A DNA stretch of 64,000 bases from the human T2T-CHM13v2.0 reference genome, Homo sapiens, in NCBI RefSeq assembly GCF_009914755.1, contig NC_060927.1. One strand, written 5' to 3'. The translations under genes were made by a program, and so were the position numbers. The notes under the pieces are model-generated. The model saw nothing but the letters and a program-made list of their open reading frames with translations, was not told the DNA's origin and ran no database searches. Below, piece after piece: positions 14,601 to 24,975 of the stretch; position 1 is the stretch's first letter, and every line of letters begins with the position of its first letter.

Positions 14601-17600
14601 TACTGATTTGGGAGTGGCAATATTTAGTTTGTTAAGTACTCAGGAAAGACATGAGCAATAGGAATTTGGACTAGTAATATCTTTTTAGACACATATTTCT
14701 CACAACTCAGTTTGGCTCCCTGGAAGGCATTTCTTTTGAATCAACTGCAATTCGTATCTAACAATTTCATAGCTTACAAGTAAGACTGCTATTAAAATGT
14801 TAACTAATTCTGGGGCAAAAGGGACTTCCAGGAAGGTTCAGTAATCATTGAACAGGGTGGTTAAAGGGCTATAAGATTAACCGAAAACATAGCACTTCTC
14901 ATATACCCTTTAAGCAGAATTGATAAGGTATTTCCTAGAGATTAATGACATTCTGAGTTAATAGGCTGAGGGAAGGTCATTAATTCTTACACAAAGGTGG
15001 TCTGGAAAGTAGAAATGAAAAACAACTGCTAGGTCAAGCTGATGCAATCCCAGGAGACATTTCAGAAGATCAGTTTCCTTTTTAGAAGCCCATGCTTCTT
15101 ACTGTTGTCACTCTTCCTTCTCCAAATAGCATACCTCATACTCAGGCTTTTAACCTCCTGGGATGCAAGTAGTTTTTTGAAAGGAGTTGTAAGTTCTCTG
15201 TTTATCAAACAAAAACTTTTTTTTAATCAATGAGCTTTCTTTTCTCACTTCAAACTTAGAAACATCATCTTGGAAGTCATTCAATTCACATAGCTTCTCA
15301 CCATCAGATGGTGTGGACAGAAAGTTGTGCCTGGGAGTCTAGAAGTCAAGACAGACAGATTATACCTCCTAGGGGTTTCAATTAAATAAAATATCCATAT
15401 GTGCTGTGTATAGCATATGGAGAAAATATGATATTACTGTCAATGGTAGACTAGGATTGATGGAACAATCAGATACAGATACCACATAGTAAATCAGAAG
15501 AGGTTGACTTATCAAAAGGATGCAGCAACAAGTCAGTACAGCCAGGATACCATTATGAGCAGAGGTGCAAGCTTCCAGCTGTGGAATACTCTCCAGGGAT
15601 TTACACTTGCAGATGATAATGTCAGACTGAAAGCTCAGTCCTCTTCCAGGCCAGCCTAGGCATGACTGATTCTACATGTAACCTAATCTGGATCTGTTCC
15701 AAGGACCCTCCCATCTAGCCAGATTTATTAATCTCAGGATTATGCAAGATATGGCCCCAGGGACAAGAAGGACTCCAGCAGAAATGAGGGTAATGGTGGC
15801 AGATGATCTGGAGCCACCCATCTGAAAACTGCACCCAGAAACCCCACTTTGACTCTTTACCCAAAGAAAGGTTGAGAGCTGGAGAATGATTTCTTAGTTG
15901 AAAAAGATCTGCCTTCATGTGTGGGTATCATTTTCTCTAACTGTGTTTCCCTGGTAAGGGCTGTAGGATCCAGAAGCATATGCATGCTCACCTGGCCTAA
16001 AGCATGTTGCTCACCTTCCTGCTGTAAATGTAAGCTTCCTTTTGAATGCTTTAGATGAGTTATACCCCATCTGATTCACTCAAATTGTGTCTAACTGGTG
16101 GTTGTACTACTCCTAACCTAATGCCCTGATCCCTGTAGTATGTTTTCATATGTCTGGAAAATTTAAGATGCCAGAGGTTATATTGTTGCTTTTTAAAAAT
16201 ATGCAGAAAGTTAATAAGATAACAGAAGTATGCTAAGGGAAACTCTGAGAAAAATATTTTCTGGTCAGTAGATGAAGGGAGCCCCATTACAGTGGTGACT
16301 GGCATTTTGCCACCAATGTGTGTCTGACCTAACTCTCAAAGAATAAATACTTATGGATTTTGTTACACAGCCAAGAGATATAAATTTGTAGCTACCAGTT
16401 CAAAATGCTTAGTGCTGCAGGTACAGGTGAAAATCTTTATATTCTTCCATACAGTTAAAAAAAAATCCTTGTTTTATATACAGATTAATTCCACTAGACC
16501 TAGCTGGACCTTTTGAGTTCTCTTTTCAACTGAAATTGCCTTTTAAAGATGAACTGTCCAGATGTAGATGGGAATATAATAATAGAATTCTATGCTGAAA
16601 AAACTAGGTTATTTAGGTCATGATTGCAGTTTTATGATGCCATCTGGGAAAATGACAAAGTGCATGTGGGTTTTAAGTAAACTAAAGTTTTTCTCCCTTC
16701 AGTAAGCATTATAGCCTCTTCTGACACTTTGTTGGTAGAATTTCTGAACACTTTGTTTACTTTGAGAGTGATGAATCCACGGGTGTGTCATGATTTGAAT
16801 TGGAGCTTTCCTTCCGCACATTTGGCAGGTATTTAATGCTTCAGTACAGTCTTTCTGAAACTAACCTAACCACTAAACGATAGGCTAGTAAAACTTGCAG
16901 TCTTGTGAGTATAAATGCTGTCTTTTTAAATTAGGAAAGAACAAATAAAACCCTGTTGGAAATTCCTTGTTTTAAAAGGAGTAATTTAACGCTCTACTGT
17001 TAACATTCTCCCAAGGTAGTATTACATAAATAATTACTGCTAGACAGGAAGAGTCATTTCCCATTATGGAATAATTTTGCACTTTTAGAAATTTCATTGT
17101 CTCCTCAGAATCCTCTGGACTGTGAGGCCATAAACTAACACTTTTTTGATTATGGAATCTTCATTACATGATTTATATTTTATGGTAGAAGAGAGCAAGA
17201 GAATTAAAAAAAAAAAAAAAAAAGTTACTTGCTTAGGGCCAGAGAATCTCAGGGAAGGGAAAAGGATGTTTCTACCTTTCTAACATCGGTCAAGAAAATT
17301 TCTGGTTTACATTTAATAATCAATTTTCTGGGATTTTTCTTAATGCCAAAACCATGAAATGAGGCATTTTAAATTCATACCTGTCCGTGGATGTGTACTC
17401 TAGAGCACTGGTTCTTAACTTAGGGTCCCAAAGAAAATACATGATTCAAATGCTAGTTCCTTTTATTTATAGATGACATTTCTAGCCCATGGCTTCTTAA
17501 TTCGGTCCAGGGAATCCAAAGTTTTGTGTCTGTGTGCAATCTAACTAGGTCTTGTAGCATTTTTCAGCCTTTCAGAAGGAACTGACCACGTTGTCAAGAC

Positions 17601-17659
17601 TGATTATTTTTTATAGATCCAAGGTATAGCACCATAGTGGGAGTTTTCTATATTAATGA

Positions 17660-17870
17660 TAATGATAATAACAGCCTCTCATTATTGAGCACTTATGTGT
17701 CACTAACTGTGCTTATTACTTACCAAGGCAGGTACAATTCTTATCTGCATTTTATGGCTGAGGAAACATGAGGCTTTAGAGGGTAACTTGTTGAGGAACA
17801 CACTGAAATGGAATTAGAAGCCAGTGATGCCATCTGGGAAAATCTATGCCCTTAGACATTAAATGCATTG
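17660..17870 (-). mobile_element. MIR
   Basis: ATAATAACAGC...ATTGAGCACTTATGTG...ATTTTATGGCTGAGGAAACATGAGGCTTTAGAGGGTAACTTG. Confidence 0.65.
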
Positions 17871-18649
17871 TGGTACATTCTGGTTTTGACTCTGATTTTG
17901 TTTGATATTCATGTATTCAATTCAAACAGTCCTCACTGTATTCTAGTGGTTGGGCATTGCCCTGTATCTAGATGCTACTGTGTTACAATTCCGAGATCAA
18001 CATTGGATTACAGGACCCAAGACAGTGTCTGGCACTCGTTTGTTTGTTAGATAACTAAGTAAGCAAATGAACAAATGTATGCCCCTTCCAAACATGGCTT
18101 GGGTCTTCTTTTGTGGTACACCTCATGCTCAGCACAGCGTGTGGTTGTGGTGGCTGTTGTTTTTGACAAACAGTAGGCTTGCTATGTCTATCTGAATACT
18201 AAAATCAGATCATATTCCCTTGTAACTGTGTATCTGTCAGAAGCCAGCAGCTTCTGGCCAGTTTCGCAACATGGCATTTGGAAGGCAGGTACTTAGAGTT
18301 TATTGCGTAGTTTTTGGTCCCATGGCTTTTTCAATGCAGTTTGACAGTCGGTATTATACAAGAACAGAGTTGAGTTTTCTGGGTTCTACAGGATGATCGT
18401 TTTTAACTGTCTCTTAAAAAAAAAAAAAAGCATATTTCTCTGCCACTAACTTTCTCAGGCCTCAATTCTTCCGCTGTAAATCAAGGTGGTTGGACTCTAT
18501 TAATCATTTTTTAAGGGTTCTTTTTCTTTTGTGTGTTTTAATATCCTAAAAAAAAATTTTTCAATGAAAATCTGCAAGAATTCCATACAACACCAAAGCA
18601 GGATACGCTGGTTGAAGTTTGAAGTGGGATTCTCTCAATATAGAGCCAC

Positions 18650-19105
18650 ACAATAAGGTATGCTTTACATATAGTAAAATTACCTCTTATATAACGTACA
18701 ATTCTGAAAATTTTGACAAGCTCATGCAATCATGTAACCACCATTATAGTCAAGACATAAAGCAGTTCCATCACCCGAGATGTTCCTGCTCACCCTTTTG
18801 TAGTCAGTTCCTCCCCTCAGCGTCAGCTGTTGGCAACCACTGATGTGTTTTCTGTCCCTATAGTTTTTGGGGGTTTTTTCCCACAATGTTGTATAAATGA
18901 ACTCATTCAGGATGCAGCTTTTTCAGTCTGGATTCTTTCAATTGGCATAATGCAATTGAGGTTCATGCATATTGTTGTGTGTTTCATTGGTATTGCTGAG
19001 TAATTCATAGTATTGATATACTATAGTTTGATTATTCATTTACCAATTGAAGGGGTTGTTTCCAGGTTTTGGCAATTATGAATGAAGCCACTGTAAATAT
19101 TGTTA
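18650..19105 (-). mobile_element. Old L1 (L1MB/ME) 3' fragment
   Basis: CATGTAACCACCATTATAGTCAAGACATA...GGCAACCACTGATGTGTTTTCTGTCCCTATAG...GGCAATTATGAATGAAGCCACTGTAAATATT. Confidence 0.75.
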
Positions 19106-22100
19106 CCTAACATTCTAAGGTTAATGATATATAAGTTAGCTGCTAAAGTAGATTAAAAAGCATCAAACTCAGGAATCATTGAAGGAAGAGATAGGCACTG
19201 CAATCTGCATCTGCAAATGTTTCTTTTATGACCCCCCCCCCCCAGCACCACCCCCCAGCCAAAGAATCCTTAGTAACTTCTGTACCCATACCCACCCTTC
19301 AAACTGTTGGCAACCATTTTTTTTCTTGTTCGAAGAAGAAAGATTAGGAGATGTCATCTGAAATAGAACCAGCCCGAAGATAAATCAAGTCACTAATACA
19401 CCCCTGGTAGCTTTGGGAATATAATATTTTTACATTGATTGGAAGGAAATGCAATAATAAGTTTTAAAAATTTGAACTACTAACTGCACCTGCTTAGAAT
19501 CTAAAACTGGAGGGGAAAACATAAGGTTAACCCCACATGCTCCCTGATCAAATGCAAAGGTTCTTAAAATAGCTTCATTTAGAGATGTTAGGGGCAGCTG
19601 AAACAAGGAGCTGGTGTCCCTAGTCACAACCTGTCAGTTTAATATCATGGCTCAGAAGCAGCTGCCTCTGTATTTTTTTGTTTCAGGGTCAGGAGCAGCA
19701 ACTCTAAGGAGAAGCACAGAAGCAGCTTTATCCCGTTTGCTATCCTCCCCTGCATTCCAATTTCCTAGTCAAGTGATTGTCCCTGGATCCATCATGAAGA
19801 TACCTGTCATCCATTTCAAGCCACAAATAGAGAAAAAAGTAGCTAAAAGCCTCCAAGGAATTACAACAAACTTTAAATACATGTACAGGAAATTCCAGGA
19901 AGAACGTAAAAAAAGAAATAAAGTCGTGTATTTGCTTGGTCATAGCTAATAATAGACAATACTAGCTATGTGGCTTAACTCTCAAAATCCATCAGAAAAA
20001 CCTTCTCCATTCACTGCTCTGCTCAGCTCTGTATAGCTCTCCATTACCTGTGCTTACCATTTTTCCATATAGAGTATTTTTTCTTGTGAATTTTTCCTCT
20101 TACCCATGATAAACTGCTTCTTCACAACAGCCTACTTATGCTTGCACCAGAAGCAGGATCTGGACTGGGTAGAAAATTGTCTGATCTGATGTGACAATGT
20201 TTTATGTTGCTAGGCTGGTGGTACTAACCAGCAGTGTAAAATTCCATTTGTATTTTGCATGTAGGTGGATATACTAATATACTATACTGTTCCTGTCCTA
20301 AACAGTCACAAACTTTTTAAAATCTTATTACTCAGAATAATTTTTTATTTCATTACAATAATAGGAGTCAATTCAGAGCTTTACAGCCCAGTTCGCCATA
20401 TTCTACTTCATCATTCCACCCAAAAAGAAGAAGAAAAAGGCAGTAGCTTATATCTCTTTTAGCAACTAAACTGAATTTTCAAGGGCCAGAAGGAAGAACT
20501 CTAGGGTAAGGACCTAGAAGGGCAATGGAGGCAGAAAGAGGATGGTAGGGGGAGGAGTGAAACTTTCCTCTACCTGCATGTTTTCCTGTTTGCTAATACC
20601 ACTTTCAAACAATAGGTCAGGGCTATGAGTACTCATGTTGAAAATGCAGAATTTTTCTAGAACTTTATTTAAGAGATTACTCCATGAGGCTGTGCGTTAG
20701 AGAAAACATTAGCTGGGCTAGTCCCTTAAATATCTAAAACTTAGTTTATCTATCTGCTGAACAGGGAATGGTAATACCTGCCTTTCCTACTACATAGGGT
20801 CAAGTGCGTAATTGATATGCGAGTTTTATACACAATATAAAACACCTTGTAGGTATAAATGACATTGTTAATGCCATTATGAAAAGTCTCCTCAACCAAG
20901 ATGAGAAGCACAGTAGGGCTGCTCTTTCAGTGTAGGCTCCAGTGATTGACCATCAGATTAAACAGAAAATCTTGAACTACTGTCAGATTTGAACCCTAGA
21001 CTTCTAAGAGGCTATAATACAAATTTTCTTCTGTCTTAGACTTCCTGTCTGACCCAATTCTGAAGAACCAGATGGTATTAGTATGTAAAGTTTTTGTCTA
21101 ACATCTATAGCTTGCACCAAAATGTCAACATCCCTCAAAGAAGGCTCAAGTATTTGCACTAAAATGTGTTTTCTAATTCAATTATTTGATGCTGAGATGG
21201 TATCTAAAATTGTCTCCATATCTATGTTGAACAACATGCACAATACACAGATTCAAATCACTAGTAATCAGACTCTCTGTGCAGATTCCTACACTCAGGG
21301 CATCTGGAGACCATGTTTGCCTCATTCACTGTTATAATCCCAATAACCAGCACGGGGCCTGGCACAGAGTAGGCATTCTAAAATAGTTGATGAATGAATG
21401 AACAAATGAGCAAACAAACTAAGCTATTACTATAAAAGTGTTCCCCTAATATAACTAAACAAACTTACTGTGTATTGCTGGTAGGCACTAGTTCTACTCT
21501 AAGGAAAATAAAAGCTACTAGCACTTTTTCTTTAAATGTTTTTTAATGTAACATATTAGAAAGGTGAAGCGGGTATTACATTGGTAATGAAAATTTTGCT
21601 TTAGGTTAGAACATAGAATAATATGGACTGTAATCAGAAGAAAAGAAGATAGAGCCCATTACATTTAGGTTTTTTGCATCCTTGGACCTGCCTGACTCTC
21701 GGCAAGTTGCAATGGCAGTCTCCTACAATAGCACTCTATTAAAGGCACCATCATTTCAATGGCACAATAAAATATCTTCATTTCCAGTGCCAGCGCCACT
21801 ACCTAAGACCAAGTCTTGACTAAATTTATTACTTAAATTTATTGCTAATTTATTGCTTAAATAAAGCTTAAGCAAAAAAGACAATTACACATGAACTTTA
21901 ATAGAAGGTAAACTCTAAAAATAAATTGTCACTCTTTAAATAATGAATGCTTTTCTTTGCTGCAGAACTTTTACAGAGTATCTTTGTATTGGTTAGTATA
22001 AGAATCCAAACCCCACATTGCTTTGGGAAATTACTGAGAAAATTCTCATCAGAGTAGTAGACCTTAATTACCCAGGTGGAAAGAGCCCATGAATATTATT

Positions 22101-23380
22101 GCTGCCTTTAGAAGTTTTTATTAACAAACAGCTCTTACAGTATTTATGCTGATTTTTAATTAAGCATAATGAGAGTTTCATAATAGTGTCAACTGATAAA
22201 TGTAGAGAAATGTTTACTTGGAATATTTGGCTTTGGGAGATAGCAGATTGATAAATCAGAAAATGTCATCACAGGAAAAACAAGTTTAACTGTAGCTAAA
22301 GGAACATTGCTGTAATTGCAATGCATTCTCTCTAGTATTAACTACACCATGTTCTCCTTTATGCATATCTAATACACACGTGGAATATGGTAGTGTAGTT
22401 AAACAGTGTATGTGTTGCACCTCTTCTATTCCTTCCTGAGATGTGAACAGATAATGAATAAAGAAAGATATGTAATCATTAATTGGTATGGAAAGAAAAA
22501 AGAATAACTGAATATGTCACAACCATTTTAACTGAACACATATCTCTCTTCAGTGGAGCGCCTATATACAAAACTGTGCAGCCACCCTAAACATTGAATA
22601 ATCCTCCCATTGAGGAGTACAGTGAGCAGAATTTTCTGTGATATCATTTGGCAGCAGCCTAGCATCATTTCCCATTTATATCCAGATGTGATGTGCCCAT
22701 GGATATCCAGTCATCTTCTGTGGGGTGTTACAGAACAAGTTCTTGATAGGTATCTCCCAAGACCTGCCAAAAACCTTATCTCAGAAACCTGCTTCTGTTC
22801 TCTGGCTCTCATTCATTAAATCTTAACATCAACAGAAGGTAAACAAACAAAAGAAAAAAGATACAATATAGTTGCCATTTGAAAATGTTAGTTTCTTCCA
22901 TTAATCTTTCCATGAAAAGAGAATTCCTCCTCTGCAATTTAACCTATTCAGTATAATTCTCCATTTTCAACACATTGTGATGATTTTGACACTGTATATT
23001 GATCATTCACATCAGCTTACAAAATCAAGCTATTAAGAAGGAAAGCCATTTATCCAAACATACTTTTTCTTTAATTTTTGACTATCCATCTTACTCTTAA
23101 CAGGATAACAATTTAAAGTTTCATTTTGGTTTTCTTTCATGTGTATCACTATAGTAAAACTTACCTACTGTCAGGATAGTTCCTCTATTTTGCAAGCAAC
23201 TCTTAGTCATTTTAGCCTAAAAGTCATCATCTGTCATAAGCTCTTAATCATACTACGTTCCCTTGCATAATATTCACAAGATCCTACTTTTGGAGAGTGG
23301 TGTTGGCCGCTCCTAGCTGGTGAATAACACAGAAACATCCCAAAGCCTCTTCTCAGCAAGGATGGGGACACTTAGCTTAC

Positions 23381-23840
23381 CGTGCAGGTACCGTGCAGGT
23401 GTTGATCACACCTGGTAATTCCTTCTTCTCATCCCCACCAAAATCCAACAGTGGAATCCAGGACCAACAACAACGTTTTCTTCTTCTCTTTTTGGACACC
23501 CTCTCAGTTTTTGTTTTGTAGGCTTGAAAGCCACCGAGAGTTTGCAACCAGGGGCCAGTGATAGCTCTGCAAAGGAGAGGCAGTGGGGAGCCCAACAACA
23601 AGTAGGCCCAAACACTAAATATTGCCCTCTTCCCTCTCCGGGCAGTGTCCTTCATGCTCTGAAGACAGGCAGCCTTACCAAAACTCTTACCCCACAGCTT
23701 GCCAGTCTCTGTGGAAGAAAGGTTCTAACTGGACTGGGCTGCAGGATGAGGTGACCCAAAAGCCAGGAACCATCTGCGCAGAGCAGACAAGTAGAGGCAG
23801 GCACAGGCTCCGTGAGCACGTCTGTGTGTGTGTGTGTGTG
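23381..23840 (-). other. FILIP1L: FILIP1L exon 1 (5'UTR, non-coding for the main ORF); gene nested antisense in CMSS1 intron 1
   Basis: Unique, repeat-free sequence ending on the - strand in ...ACCTGCACG|GTAAGC (donor GT at 23380-79). Its position about 32.5 kb upstream of CMSS1 exon 2 on the opposite strand fits the known nested arrangement. The TSS is approximate, placed in or near the (CA)n tract. Confidence 0.8.
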
Positions 23841-23856
23841 TCTGTGTATGTGTGTT
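23824..23856 (+). repeat. Imperfect (TG)n/(CA)n microsatellite at the FILIP1L 5' end
   Basis: TGTGTGTGTGTGTGTGTGTCTGTGTATGTGTGT read directly. Confidence 0.9.
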
Positions 23857-24316
23857 TGCATGCCTGTGCCCAGCAGCTGCTCTCCAGATTAGAAGACACC
23901 ACTCTTTGGCCAGCAACTCTGAAACACCCTCTTAGGTAATTTTAAATTCATGTGCACATCTTGGCTGAGAGTAGAAACTTCCCAAGCACAACCTGGGTCC
24001 CATTCTTTGCTGTGTTGCTACCCCAGATATATTGTGAACCACAGACAGCAGTGCTAGCACCTTAGGAACAGATGCCCAGATGGACATTAAATTGCACCTC
24101 ATTTTGTACCCTGCAGCCATGAGCTGATGTAAGCCTTGTTTGTGATTTAAGTAACAAGGGCATGACCCCTTCTTTGACACCCATAACCCAAGGCACTGTA
24201 AACATTCGCTATTATTAACGCTGTGTTGGACTCAAACTTGAATGCCTGCCTGTTCCATTTAGTGTCACAGGAGACACGAGGGCAAAGTGCTGAGGAAACT
24301 CTAGAGCAACATCGGA
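23841..24316. promoter_or_regulatory. Divergent (bidirectional) CpG-poor promoter: FILIP1L leftward, CMSS1 alternative exon rightward
   Basis: Lies between two head-to-head first exons. Motifs: E-box CAGCTG (~23874), forkhead TGTAAACA (24197-24204), MEF2 consensus CTATTATTAA (24209-24218), TEAD GGAATG (24314-24319). No CpG island. Confidence 0.65.
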
Positions 24317-24326
24317 ATGCATGGTG
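24317..24326 (+). CDS. CMSS1: Coding part of the CMSS1 alternative first exon (short isoform, N-terminus MHG)
   Basis: GGA ATG CAT GGT G|GTATGT: a phase-1 donor at 24327 that splices in frame to exon 2, giving MHGEASDGEG... This agrees with the recalled shorter CMSS1 isoform in which residues 1-21 are replaced by MHG. The 5' end of the exon cannot be fixed from sequence (about 24200-24260). Confidence 0.8.
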
Positions 24327-24499
24327 GTATGTTTATTATTATTATTTGACATTTTGTTTTATATTATTCAAGTGTTAAGAAAACCTTCATACTTAGGATT
24401 GCTAAAATTTGAAGCATCTAATTTTCTTTAAGTAGGATCACTTGTTCAGATTGAGGGGTTGGATAGAAGGGAGGAGTTTGTTCATTTATTCAACAAATA

Positions 24500-24745
24500 T
24501 ATATTTCAGCATCCATTATGTATCAGATCACTTACCAGACATGCCTACCACCTGCCCAGTGCTCAAGTCATGCATTATCTAATTTAATCCTCACAGCAGC
24601 CCTTTAAATTAGTCCTACTCCTGGTGATCTAATGAGAAAACCAAAGATCAGAATAATTTAATAACTTCCTAGGATCTCACAGATGATAGATATAAGACTG
24701 AGGATTCAAAATTGAATCTGAGTTACTCCAAAGCCCATGCTCTTT
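24500..24745 (-). mobile_element. MIR
   Basis: TTTAATCCTCACAGCAGCCC...ATGAGAAAACCAAAGATCAG...GGATTCAAA...CTCCAAAGCCCATGCTCTT. Confidence 0.65.
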
Positions 24746-24749
24746 ATTT

Positions 24750-24895
24750 TTAATTTTTAACATCAAAATAATTTCAGACTTATAGAAAAAATACAGGAAT
24801 AATAAAGAATTTCCATATGCTCTTCACTAAGGTTCTCCAATGTTTAACATTTTACCACTGGTTGTATTCTCCCTCTCTTTCTCTTTCTCTCTCTC

Positions 24896-24975
<80 letters not shown>

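Noticed and set aside
19614-19949. 111-aa + strand ORF in unique sequence
   Set aside because: Starts at GTG, has no recognisable homology and no supporting exon structure; better explained as enhancer-like DNA.
21821-21860. Short repeats AATTTATT(A/G)CT x3 (also ATTTATGGTAGTA x2 at ~32179-32211)
   Set aside because: Ordinary slippage duplications in AT-rich DNA; no spacer structure and not CRISPR-like.
23159-23175. TAG|GTAAGT on the - strand as a recursive splice site
   Set aside because: No upstream polypyrimidine tract; kept only as an alternative donor or U1 site.
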